Both the position numbers and the translations under genes were made by a program. This document shows positions 24,631 through 36,269 of a stretch of DNA of 64,000 nt, piece by piece. The stretch covers positions 32,242,001 through 32,306,000 of the forward strand of contig CM059432.1 of assembly GCA_030390025.1 (NCBI GenBank). Reading direction: 5' to 3'. Positions within the stretch are counted from its first letter, which is position 1. Each line of letters opens with the position of its first letter. The notes under the pieces are model-generated. The model saw only the letters and a program-made list of their open reading frames with translations, searched no databases and had not been told where the DNA came from. The stretch is from Squalus acanthias. Taxonomy: Eukaryota.

Positions 24631-25238
24631 GGGATTACTGAGTGACAGTGTGAGGGAGCTGGATTATCATCAGTAGAGATACAGTCAGTAACACAGGGTG
24701 CTGGGGGAGAGGGGTTACTGAGTGACAGTGTGAGGGAGCTGGATTAACATCAGTAGAGATACAGTCAGTAACACAGGGCGCTGGGGGAGAGGTGTTACTG
24801 AGTGATAGTGTGAGGGAGCTGGATTATCATCAGTAGAGATACAGTCAGTAACACAGGGTGCTGGGGGAGAGGGGTTACTGAGTGACAGTGTGAGGGAGCT
24901 GGATTATCATCAGTAGAGATACAGTCAGTAACACAGGGTGCTGGGGGAGAGGGGTTACTGAGTGACAGTGTGAGGGAGCTGGATTAACATCAGTAGAGAT
25001 ACAGTCAGTAACACAGGGCGCTGGGGGAGAGGTGTTACTGAGTGATAGTGTGAGGGAGCTGGATTATCATCAGTAGAGATACAGTCAGTAACACAGGGTG
25101 CTGGGGGAGAGGGGTTACTGAGTGACAGTGTGAGGGAGCTGGATTATCATCAGTAGAGATACAGTCAGTAACACAGGGTGCTGGGGGAGAGGGGTTACTG
25201 AGTGACAGTGTGAGGGAGCTGGATTATCAGTAGAGATA
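24631..25238. repeat. 80-bp minisatellite, ~7.6 near-identical units
   Basis: Unit GGGGTTACTGAGTGACAGTGTGAGGGAGCTGGATTATCATCAGTAGAGATACAGTCAGTAACACAGGGTGCTGGGGGAGA starts at 24631, 24711, ... 25191. Confidence 0.97.
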
Positions 25239-25489
25239 GAGTCGAATGCATGCGGTCACAGAACATCCATTAGTGCACAACTAACACGAGCGAAGTGAGC
25301 GTATAATTCAACATTTATTTACAAAAACAGTTCACAAATATACAAAAGTTAAGAGGCTCCAGCAACAGCCCAGGAAGGGACGGGGGGGAAAGAGGGTCAG
25401 GGAGGTCCGTCCGGTCCACCCTCCTCCCCGCCAGCTCCTGGCCAGATTAAGGCCGCCTCCGACTGTCCTCATCTGGTTCCACGCTTATC

Positions 25490-26250
25490 TATCACCACAG
25501 CTATTGTCTTCAGCCCCCGCCACAAACTTGGTTCCCTAGCCACCGATTCCATCTCCCCCCCCACCCCGACCACTGTCTCAGGCTGAACCAGACTGTTTAC
25601 AACCTCGGTGTCCTATTTGACGCTGAGCTTTGCTTCCGACCCCATATCCTCTCCATCACCCGTCTTCGACCCCTGCCTCAGCTTTTCTGCTACTGAAACC
25701 CTCATCCATGCTTTTATTACCTACAGATTTGACTATTCCAATGCTCCCCTGGCTGGCCTCCCATCTTCCACCCTCCATAAACTTAAGCTCATCTAAAACT
25801 CTGCTGGCCATTTCCTGTTTACCCATCGCCCCCGCGCTCACTGACCTACCTTGGCTCCCGGTTCACCAACGTCTCGCTTTTAAAAATCTCATCCTTATGT
25901 TCAATTCCCTCCGTGGATGCAACCCTCCTTATCTCTGTAACATCCTCCAGCCTTACCACCCTCCAAGAACTCCAATTCTGACTTCTTGTCTATCTCCCAC
26001 TTCCTTCACGCCACCATTGGCAGCTGTGACTTCAGCTCTGAAATTTCCTCACTGTACCTCTCCGCCTCCCCTCCTTTCCGTCTCCTTTAAGACACTCCTT
26101 AAAGCCTACCTCTTTTAGGAAGCTTTTGGTCACTTGTCCTAATGTCTCCTTCTTAGGCTTGGTGTCAACTTTTTTCTGATTATGCTCCTGTGAAGTGCCT
26201 TGGGACATTTAACTATGTTAAAGGCGCTATATAAATGCAAGTTGTTGCTG
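25490..26250 (+). mobile_element. L2 3' fragment, degraded
   Basis: Encodes ETLIHAFITYRFDYSNA and LTDLPWLPVHQRLAFK. Tail AGGCGCTATATAAATGCAAGTTG. Confidence 0.9.
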
Positions 26251-26669
26251 TTAGGTCCTTATAGTTGCTGATTTTAATCACAAACCTATTTGTGCTCCAC
26301 CCTGACCACAGCAATTTCAGCACAGAAAGAGTCCATTTGGCTTATCGTGCCTCTGTCGGTGCTAGCTCCACATTGCAGCTGACAGCTCAAGTCTCATTTC
26401 TCTGCTCTTTCCTCTATCGTTCAATACTTGTTTATCTAATTCCCTCTTAAATGTTGGCTCGACTTAAATACCCACTTGTGGTAATGTATTCCATATTCTA
26501 GTATCTCTGCCTCCAAACATTCCATCTACGCTCTCCCTTTACCACAAGATCACAAGATAATTATGGATCAGGAAGGTCATTCGGCCTATCTTAATTCATC
26601 CATCCAGAGAGATCCCAGCATCCACTCATTTTAGCATCTAATTGTTTCTTAAATGTTTCCCGGGTTTGT

Positions 26670-27010
26670 AAATGGTTCCCTCTCCTCAGACACTGTCCTT
26701 CCTCCCTTTCAAAACTGCCATCATTCACCTCCTCAAACATCCACTCTTGACCTCTCTGTCCTTGCAAACTACTAACCCATCTCCAACCTCCCTTTCCTCT
26801 CCAAAGTCCCTGAATATGTTGTCACCTTCCACATCCTTGCCCATCTTTCCTCCAACTCCATGTTTGAATCTCCCCAGTCAGGTTTCCGCATTGAAACGGC
26901 CTTAATCAAAGTAACAAAAGTTCATCCTATGTGATTGTGACCATGGTGCACAAACCCTCCTAATCCTTTTTGACTTTTCTACAGCCTTTGACACAGCAGA
27001 CCACACCATT
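26670..27010 (+). mobile_element. L2 internal RT fragment
   Basis: Remnants of ANY.PISNLPFLSK and AFDT.DH. Confidence 0.7.
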
Positions 27011-29285
27011 TGAAATTTGGGAGATATTTTTGAAATTATTTTTCCCACAAAAGATGTTATGTAAGAAGGAATTTGCATTTCATAGAATCATAGAATGGTT
27101 ACAGCACAGAAGGAGGCCATTCGGCCCATCGAGCCCGTACCAGCTCTCTGCAAGAGCACTTCAGCGAGTCCCACTCCCCCGCCCTTTCCCCGTAGCCCTG
27201 CAAATTTTTTCCTTCAGGTATTTGTCCAATTCCCTTTTGAAAGCCACAATTGAGTCTGCCTCCACCACCCTTTCAGGCAGTGCATTCCAGATCATAACTA
27301 CTTGCTGCGTAAAAATGTTTTTCCTCATGTCACCTTTGGTTCTTCTGCCAGTCACCTTAAATCTGTGTCCTCTGGTTCTCGAACCTTCCGCCAATGGGAA
27401 CAGTTTCTCTCTATCTACTCTGTATAGACCCCTCATGATTTTGAACACCTCTATCAAATCTCCTCTCAACCTTCTCTGCTCTAAGGAGAACGACCCCAGC
27501 TTCTCCAGTCTATCCACGTAACTGAAATCCCTCATCCCTCAAACCATTCTTGTAAATATTTTCTGCACCCTCTCTAAGGCCTTTACATCCTTTCTAAAGT
27601 GCAGTGCCCAGAATTGGACACAATACTCCAGTTGAGGCCGAACCATTTTTTTATAAAAGTTCATCATAACTTCCTTGCTTTTGCACTATGCCTCTATTTA
27701 TGAAGCCCAGGATCCCGTATGTTTTTTTAACCGCTTTCTCAACCTGCCCTGCCACCATCAACGATTTGTGCACATATACCCCCAGGTCTCTCTGTTCGTG
27801 CACCCCCTTTAGAATTGTACCCTTCAGTTTATATTGCCTCTCCTCGTTCTTCCTACCAAAATGTATCACTTCGCACTTTTCTGCATCAAATTTCATCTGC
27901 CACATGTCCGCCCATTCCACCAGCCTGTCTATGTCTTCTTGAAGTCTATCACTACCCTCCCCACTGTTCACTGTACTTCCAAGTTTTGTGTCGCCTGCAG
28001 ATTTTGAAATTGTGCCCTGTACACCCAAGTCCAAGTCATTAATATATATCAAGAAAAGCAGTGGTCCTAGTACTAACCCTTGGGTAACACCACTGTATAC
28101 CTTCCTCCAGTCTGAAAAACAACCGTTCACCACTACTCTCTGTTTCCTGTCACTTAGCCAATTTCGTATCCATGCTGCCACAATCCCTTTTATTCCCTCG
28201 GCTTCAACTTTGCTGGGTAGCCTATTATGTGGCACTTTATCAAATGCCTTTTGGAAGTCCATGTACACCACATCAACCATATTGCCCTCATCAACCCTCT
28301 CTGTTACCTCATCAAAAAACTCAATCAAGTTAGTTAAACACGATTTGCCTTTAACAGATCCGTGCTGGCTTTCCTTAATTAATCCATACTTGTCCAAGTG
28401 ACTGTTAATTTTGTCCCGGATTATCCTTTCTAAAAGCTTCCCCACTACCGAGGTTAAACTGACTGGTCTGTAGTTAGTGGGTTTATCCTTCCACCCTTTT
28501 TTAAATAAGGGTATAGCATTTGCAATTCTCCAGTCCTCGGGCACCAGCTCCATATCCAAGGAGGATTGGAAGATTATGGCCAGTACCTCCGTAATTTACA
28601 CCTTGACTTCCCTCAACATCCTAGGATGCATCCTATCCAGTCCTGGTGACTTTATCTACTTTAAGTACTGCCAGCCTTTCTAGTACCTCCTCTTTATCAA
28701 TTTTATCCCATCCAGTATCTCAACTACCTCCTCTTTCACTATGACTTTGGCAGCATCTTCTTCCTTGGTGAAGACAGATGCAAAGTACTCATTTAGTACC
28801 TCAGCCATGCCCTCTGCCTTCATGCTTAGGTCTCCATTTTGGTCCCTAATTGGCCCCACCCCTCCTTTTACTACCCATTTACTATTTATATGCCAATAGA
28901 AGACTTTTGGATTCCCTTTTATGTGAGCTTCTTCTTCTTCTTAGGCAGTCCCTCAGAACCGAGGATGACTTGCTTCCACACTAAAAATTAGTTTTCAGGT
29001 GACTGATGAGTCCAATGCGGGACCTACAGTCTCTGTCACAGGTGGGGCAGACGGTGGTTGAAGGGGCGGGTGGGTGGGGTGCTTGGATTGAGCATAAGAA
29101 CATAAGAAATAGGAGCAGGAGTAGACCAATCGGCCCCTCGAGCCTGCTCCGCCATTCAATGAGATCATGGCTGATCTGATCCAACCTCAACTCTAAAGAA
29201 AACAAGAAGTAGGAGCAGGACCAGGCCACTCGGCCCCTGGGCCCGCTCCGCCACCCACAGGGCCTTGACTGATCCGAACTCAAAC

Positions 29286-32225
29286 TCATGTCCAATTTCC
29301 AGCCCGCTCCCCGTAACCCCTAATTCCCTTTACTTCTAGGAAACGGTCTATTTCTGTTTTAAATTTATTTAATGAAGTAGCTTCCACAGCTTCCTGCGGT
29401 AGCAAATTCCACAGACCCACTACCCTCTGAGTGAAAAAGCTTCTCCTCATCTCAGTTTTGAAAGAGCAGCCCCTTATTCTAAGATTATGTCCCCTAGTTC
29501 TAGTTTCACCCATCATTGGGAACATCCTCACCGTGTCCACCCGATCAAGCCCCTTCACAATCTTATATGTTTCAATAAGATCGCCTCTCATTCTTCTGAA
29601 CTCCAATGAGTAGAGTCCCAATCTACTCAACCTCTCCTCGTATGTCCACCCCCTCATCCCCAGAATTAACCGAGTGAACCTTCTTTGTACTGCCTCGAGA
29701 GCAAGTATGTCTTTTCTTAAGTATGGACACCAAAACTGTATGCAGTACTCCAGGTGCGGTCTCACCAATACCCTATACAACTGCAGCAATACCTCCCTGT
29801 TTTTATATTCTATCCCCCTAGCAATAAAAGCCAACATTCCATTAGCTTTCTTGATCACCTGCTGCACCTGCATACTAACTTTTTGATTTTCTTGCACCAA
29901 GACCCCCAGATCCCTTTTTACTGCAGTACTTTCCAGTTTCTCGCCATTAAGATAATAACTTGCTCTCTGATTTTTCCTGCCAAAGTGCATAACCTCACAT
30001 TTTCCAATATTGTATTGCATCTGCCAAATCTCTGCCCACTCACCCAGCCTGTCTATATCCCCTTGTAGGTTTTTTATGTCCTCCTCACTCTCTACTTTCC
30101 CTCCCATCTTTGTATCATCTGCAAACTTTGATATGTTACACTCGGTCCCCTCCTCCAAATCGTTAATATAGATTGTAAAGAGTTGGGGACCCAGCACCGA
30201 CCCCTGCGGAACACCACTGGCTACTGGTTGCCAGTCCGAGAATGAACCATTTATCCCAACTCTCTGCTTCCTGTTAGATAACCAATCCTCCACCCATGCC
30301 AGAATATTACCCCCAATCCAGTGATTTTTTATCTTGAGTAATAATCTTTTATGTGGCACCTTGTCGAATGCCTTCTGGAAGTCTAAATACACTACATCCA
30401 CTGGTTCCCCTTTATCCACCCTGTACGTTATGTCCTCAAAGAACTCGAGCAAATTTGTCAGACATGACTTCCCCTTCATAAAGCCATGCTGACTTTGTCC
30501 TATTAAATTATGTTTATCTAAATGTTCCGTTACTGTCTCCTTAATAATAGACTCCAAAATTTTACCCACCACCGATGTTAGGCTAACTGGTCTATAATTT
30601 CCAGCCTTCTGCCTACAACCCTTTTTAAATAAGGGTGTTACATTAGCAGTTTTCCAATCTGCCGGGACCTTTGCTGAGTTCAGGGAGTTTTGGAAAATTA
30701 TTACCAAAGCATCCATAATTCCTACTGCCACTTCCCTCAAGACCCTAGGATGTAAGCCATCAGGTCCAGGGGATTTATCCGCCTTGAGTCCCATTATTTT
30801 ACTGAGTACCAATTCCTTAGTGATTTTAATCGTATTTAGCTCCTCCCCCACTAGAGCCCCCTGTTTGTCCAGTGTTGGGATATTCTTAGTGTCCTCTACC
30901 GTAAAGACTGAAACAAAATATTTGTTCAGCATTTTTGCCATCTCCATGTTTCCCACCATTAATTTCCCGGTCTCATCCTCTAAGGGACCTACGTTTGCCT
31001 TAACCACCCTTTTTCTTTTTATATAACTATAGAAACTCTTGCTATCTGTTTTTATATTTTTTGCTAATTTATTTTCATAGTCTATTTTCCCTTTCTTAAT
31101 CAATCCTTTAGTTACTTTTTGTTGTCTTTTGAAGACTTCCCAATCTTCTATCCTCCCACTAACTTTGGCTACCTTATATGTCCTTGTTTTTAGTTGGATA
31201 CTTTCTTTAATTTCTTTACTTAGCCATGGATGGCTGTCATTTCTTTTACACCCTTTTTTCCTCAGTGGAATATATTTATTTTGAAAGTTGTAAAATAACT
31301 CCTTGAATGAACACCACTGCTCATGTACAGTCTTACCCTTTAATCTATTTTCCCAGTCCACTTTAATCAATTCTGCTCTCATACCATCATAGTCTCCTTT
31401 ATTCAAGCTCAGTATGCTTGTTTGAGAACCAACCTTCTCACCTTCTAATTGGATATGGAATTCAACCATGTTATGGTCACTCATTCCAAGGGGATCCTTA
31501 ACTAGGACATTATTAATTAATCCTGACTCATTACACAGGACCAGGTCCAAGGTTGCTTGCCCCCTTGTAGGATCAGTTACATACTGCTCAAGAAATCCAT
31601 CCCTAAGACACTCAATAAACTTTTCCTCAAGGCGGCCCTGCCCAATTTGATTTGTCCAGTTAATATGATAGTTAAAATCCCCCATAATTATAGCTGTTCC
31701 CTTATTACATGCCCCAACTATTTCCTGATTAATACTTCTTCCAACAGAGTTGCAACTATTAGGAGGCCTATATATTACGCCCACCAGTGTTTTTTTCTCC
31801 TTATTATTCCTTATCTCTACCCAAACTGTTTCATTATCCTGATCTTTTGACTCCATATCATTTCTCTGTATTACAGTGATTCCTTCCTTTATTAACATAG
31901 CCACCCCCCCTCCCCTTCCTTCCTGCCTGTCCTTCCTGATTGTTAAATACCCTGGCATATTTAATTCCCAGACGTTGTCACCCTGCAGCCATGTTTCTGT
32001 AATGGCCACAAGATCATACCCATACATAGTTATTTGTGCCGTTAACTCGTCCATTTTGTTACGAATGCTACGTGCATTCAGATAAAGAACTTTCAAATGT
32101 GTTTTGTGACACTTACATCCTGCTTTTTCCTTATTTAACACTTTACCTTTTACTCCATACCTTCTGTCCCTTCCTGACATGCTTTCCTCTGTCTCCCTGC
32201 TCAGGTTCCCAATCCCCTGCCACAT
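29286..32225 (-). CDS. CR1 ORF2 protein: APE endonuclease plus reverse transcriptase, 979 aa, uninterrupted
   Basis: APE motifs YLNARS, ITETWL, GGGVA, YRPP, MGDFN, SDH. RT motifs [29 protein letters not shown]. Confidence 0.95.
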   Translation of the reverse strand: MWQGIGNLSRETEESMSGRDRRYGVKGKVLNKEKAGCKCHKTHLKVLYLNARSIRNKMDELTAQITMYGYDLVAITETWLQGDNVWELNMPGYLTIRKDRQEGRGGGVAMLIKEGITVIQRNDMESKDQDNETVWVEIRNNKEKKTLVGVIYRPPNSCNSVGRSINQEIVGACNKGTAIIMGDFNYHINWTNQIGQGRLEEKFIECLRDGFLEQYVTDPTRGQATLDLVLCNESGLINNVLVKDPLGMSDHNMVEFHIQLEGEKVGSQTSILSLNKGDYDGMRAELIKVDWENRLKGKTVHEQWCSFKELFYNFQNKYIPLRKKGCKRNDSHPWLSKEIKESIQLKTRTYKVAKVSGRIEDWEVFKRQQKVTKGLIKKGKIDYENKLAKNIKTDSKSFYSYIKRKRVVKANVGPLEDETGKLMVGNMEMAKMLNKYFVSVFTVEDTKNIPTLDKQGALVGEELNTIKITKELVLSKIMGLKADKSPGPDGLHPRVLREVAVGIMDALVIIFQNSLNSAKVPADWKTANVTPLFKKGCRQKAGNYRPVSLTSVVGKILESIIKETVTEHLDKHNLIGQSQHGFMKGKSCLTNLLEFFEDITYRVDKGEPVDVVYLDFQKAFDKVPHKRLLLKIKNHWIGGNILAWVEDWLSNRKQRVGINGSFSDWQPVASGVPQGSVLGPQLFTIYINDLEEGTECNISKFADDTKMGGKVESEEDIKNLQGDIDRLGEWAEIWQMQYNIGKCEVMHFGRKNQRASYYLNGEKLESTAVKRDLGVLVQENQKVSMQVQQVIKKANGMLAFIARGIEYKNREVLLQLYRVLVRPHLEYCIQFWCPYLRKDILALEAVQRRFTRLILGMRGWTYEERLSRLGLYSLEFRRMRGDLIETYKIVKGLDRVDTVRMFPMMGETRTRGHNLRIRGCSFKTEMRRSFFTQRVVGLWNLLPQEAVEATSLNKFKTEIDRFLEVKGIRGYGERAGNWT

Positions 32226-32413
32226 TAGTTTAAATCCTCCCCAACAGCACTAGCAAACACTCCCCCTAGGACAGCGGTCCCTGGCCCTGCCCAGGTGCAG
32301 ACCGTCCGGTTTGTACTGGTCCCACCTCCCCGAGAACCGGTTCCAATGTCCCAGGAATTTGAATCCCTCTCCCTTGCACCATTCCTCTAGCCACGTATTC
32401 ATTTGAAATATCC
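32225..32413 (-). pseudogene. CR1 ORF1 C-terminal fragment (SGNH/esterase-like)
   Basis: Encodes RIFQMNTWLEEWCKGEGFKFLGHWNRF...YKPDGLHL, with the DGLH motif typical of CR1 ORF1 esterase. One apparent 1-bp insertion. Confidence 0.8.
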
Positions 32414-33198
32414 TCGTGCGCTCCTTCCGCTGTTTGTGCTTGGCTTCCACTTGCTCCCGGCGAAGAGACTCAAGGTTTCGGCGCCTTCCCGGATGCTTCT
32501 CCTCCACTTTGTGCGGTCTTGGGCCAGGGATTACCAGGTGTCCGTGGGGATGTTACACTTTTTCAAGGAGGCTTTGAGGGTGTCCTTGAAGCATTTCCTC
32601 TGCCCACCTGGGGCTCTCTTGCCGTGTCAGAGCTCCAAGTAGAACGCTTGTTTTGGGGGTCTCGTATCGGGCATGCGGACGATGTGGTCCATCCATCGGA
32701 GCTGATCGAGCGTGGTCAAGTCTTCGATGCTGGGGATGTTGGCCTGACAGAGAACACTGACGTTGGTGCGCCTATCCTGCCAATGGATTTGCAGAATCTT
32801 GCAGAGGCAGCGTTGGTGGCACCTCTCCAGTGCTTTGAGGTGCCTGCTGTACATGGTCCATGTCTCTGAAGCATACAGGAGGGCGGGTATCACTACTGCT
32901 CTGTAGACCATGAGCTTGGTGCTGGATTTGAGGTCCTGGTCTTCAAACACTCTCTGCCAATCCATTCTCATACTCTCTTTGCCCCTCTTATTTCTTTTTT
33001 CACTTCCCCTCAGAACTTTCTATATTCAGCCTGGTTCTCACTTGTATTCTTAACCTGACATCTGTCATACGCCCTCTTTTTCAGTTTCGTCTTACTCTCC
33101 ATTTCTTTCGTCATCCAGGGAGCTCTGGCTTTGGTTTTGTTTTTATTCATTTATGGGATGTGGGCGTCGCTGGCAAGGCCAGCATTTATTGCCCATCC

Positions 33199-36002
33199 CT
33201 AATTGCCCTTGAGAAGGTGGTGGTGAGCCGCCTTCTTGAACCACTGCAGTCCGTGTGGTGAAGGTACTCCCACAGTCCGGTTAGGTAGGGAGTTCCAGGA
33301 TTTTGACCCAGTGACGATGAAGGATCGGCGATATACTTCTAAGTCAGGATGGTGTGTGACTTGGAGGGTAACTTGGAGGTGGTGGTGTTCCCATGCGCCT
33401 GCTGCCCTTGATCTTCTAGGTGGAAGAGGTCGCGGGTTTGGTAGGTGCTGCCGAAGAAGCCTTGGTGAGTTGCTGCAGTGCATCTTGTAGATGGTACACA
33501 CTGCAGCCACGGTACGCCGGTAGTGGAGGGAGTGAATGTTTAAGGTGGTAGATGGGGTGCCAATCAAGCGGGCTGCTTTGTCCTGGATGGTGTTGAGCTT
33601 CTTGAGTGTTGTTGGAGCTGCACTCATCCAGGCAAGTGGAGAGTATTCCATCACACTCCTTACTTGTGCCTTGTAGATGATAGAAAGGCTTTGGGGAGTC
33701 AGGAGGTGAGACACTCGCTGCAGAATACCTAGCCTCTGACCTGCTCTTGTCGCCACAGTATTTATGTGGCTGGTCCAGTTAAGTTTCTGGTCAATGGTGA
33801 CCCCCAGGATGTTGATGGTGGGGGATTCGGCGATGGTAATGCCATTGAATGTCAAGGGGCGGTGGTTAGACTCTCGCTTGTTGGAGATAGTCATTGCCTG
33901 GCACTTCTGTGGTGCGAATGTTACCTGCCACTTATCGGCCCAAGCCTGAACGTCGTCCAGGTCTTGTTGCATGTGGGCATGGACTGCTTCATTATCTGAG
34001 GAGTTGTGAATGGCACTGAACACTGTGCAGCCATCAGCGAACATCCCCATTTCTGACCTTATGTTGGAGGGAAGGTCATTGATGAAGCAGCTGAAGATGG
34101 TTGGGCCTAGGACACTGTCCTGAGGAACTCCTGCAGCGATGTCCTGGGGCTGTGATGATTGACCTTCAATCACCACAACCATCTTCCTTTGTGCTAGGTA
34201 TGACTCCAAACAGTGGAGAATTTTCCCCCCGATTCCCATCGACTTCAGTTTTACTAGGGCTCCTTCATGCCACATTCGGTCAAATGCTGCGTTGATGTTA
34301 AGGGCAGTCACTCTTACCTCATCTCTGGAATTCAGCTCTTTTGTCCATGTTTGGACCAAGGCTGTAATGAGGTCGGGAGCCGAGTGGTCTTGGCGGAACC
34401 CAAACTGGGCATCAGTGAGTAGGTTATTGGTGAGTAAGTGTTGCTTGATAGCACTGTCAATGACACCTTCCATCACTTTGCTGATGATTGAGAGTAGACT
34501 GATGGGGCGGTAATTGGCCGGATTGGATTTGTCCTGCTTTTTGTGGACAGGACATACCTGGGCAGTTTTCCACATTGTCGGATAGATGCCAGTGTTGTAG
34601 CTGTACTGGAACAGCTTGGCTAGAGGCGCGGCTAGTTCTGGAGCACAAGTCTTCATCACGATAGCTGGGATGTTGTCAGGGCCCATAGCCTTTGCTGTAT
34701 TCAGTGCGCTGAGCCGTTTCTTGATATCACATGGAGTGAATCGATTTGGCTGAAGACTGGTTTCTGTGATGGTGGGGACATCAGGAGGAGGCCGATATGG
34801 ATCATCCACTCCGCACTTCTGGCTGAAGATGGTTGCAAACACTTCAGCCTTGTCTTTTGCACTCACGTGCTGGGCTCTGCCATCATTGAGGATGGGGATA
34901 TTCATGGAACCTGCTCCTCCCGTTAGTTGTTTAATGCTCCACTACCATTCACGACTGGATGTGGCAGGACTGCAGAGCTTTGATCTGATCCGTTGATTGT
35001 GGGATCGCTTAGCCCTGTCTATAGCATGCTGCTTCTGCTTTTTAGCATGCATGTAGTCCTGTGTTGCAGTTTCCCCAGGTTGGCATCTCATTTTTAGGTA
35101 CATCTGGTGCTGCTCCTGGCATGCTCTTCTACTCTCCTCATTGAACCAGGGTTGGTCCCCTGGCTTGATGGTAATGGTAGAGTGAGGGATATGCTGGGCC
35201 ATGAGGTTACAGATTGTGCTGGAATACAATTCTGCTGCTGCTGATGGCCCACAGCGCCTCATGGATGCCCAGTTTTGACCTGCTAGATCTGTTCTGAATC
35301 TATCCCATTAAGCACGGTGGTAGTGCCACACAACACGATGGAGGGTGTCCTCAGTGTGAAGACGGGACTTCGTCTCCACAATGACTTTGCGGTGGTCACT
35401 GCTACCAATACTGTCATGGACAGATGCATTTGCAACAGGTAGATTGGTGAGGACGAGGTCAAGTAGGTTTTTCCCTCATGTTGGTTCTCTCACCACCTGT
35501 CTCAGGCCCAGACTGACACCTATGACCTTCAGGACTCGGCCAGCTTGGTCAGTAGTGGTGCTATCGTGCCACTCTTGATGATGGACATTAAAGTCCCCCA
35601 CCCAGAGGACATTCTGTGCCCTTGCTACTCTCAGTGCTTCTTCCAAGTGGTGTTCAACATGGCGGAGTACTGATTCATCAGCTGAGGGAGGGCGGTAGGT
35701 GGTAATCAGCTGGAGGTTTCCTTGCCCATGCTTGACCTGAAGCCATGAGACTTCATGGGGTCCGGAGTCAATGTTGAGAAATCCCAGGGCCACTCCTTCC
35801 CGACTGTATACCACTGTGCCGCCACCCCTGGTGGGTCTGTCCTGACGGTGGGACAGGACATACCCAGGGGTGGTGATGGAGGAGTTTTGGACATTGGCTG
35901 AAAGGTATGATTCTGTGAGTATGACTATGTCAGGCTGTTGCTTGACTCGTCTGTGGGACAGCTCTCCCAATTTTGGCACAAGCCCCCAGATGTTGGTGAG
36001 GA
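33199..36002 (-). pseudogene. APE-RT ORF of the tRNA-headed LINE, one frame with three nonsense codons
   Basis: ORFs 35476-35979, 34942-35262 and 33199-34905 share one frame. Motifs TNIWGL, ILTESYL, RGGGT, YRPP, VGDFN, YRPISLL, GVPQDSVLGP, FADG. Confidence 0.9.
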
Positions 36003-36269
36003 GGGCTTTGCAGGGTCGACTGGGTTAGGTGTGCCGTTGCCGTGTCCATAACTAGTGCTAAGGTTGATGCTGGGTGGTCCATCCGGTTTCATTTTTATTA
36101 TTTTGTTTTGTAGCGGTTTGTTACAACTGAGTGGCTTGCTTAGCCATTTCAGGGGGCAGTTAAGAGTCAAGAGTCACATATAGGCCAGACCAGGTAAGGA
36201 CAGCAGATTTCCTTCCCTAAAGGACATTAGTGAACCAGATGGGTTTTTACGACAATCTGATAGTTTCAT

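Larger units (their letters stand above)
29091..32413 (-). mobile_element. Young CR1 LINE (family A), 5'-truncated within ORF1
   Basis: Contains the ORF1 C-terminus, an intact ORF2, a 3' UTR and a (TTCTTATG)n tail. Confidence 0.97.
28930..32953 (-). mobile_element. RTE-clade LINE 3' fragment (28930-29090 and 32414-32953) split by CR1-A
   Basis: Encodes TKLMVYRAVVIPALLYASETW...LRWMDHIVRM and C-terminal CPTCDRDC. (GAA)n tail. Confidence 0.9.

Noticed and set aside
24631..25238. Regular repeat array as a possible CRISPR
   Set aside because: The units are contiguous with no unique spacers, there are no cas genes, and the context is eukaryotic.
32250..32507. 85-aa ORF as a novel fusion protein
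   Set aside because: Chance read-through across the RTE/CR1 insertion junction.
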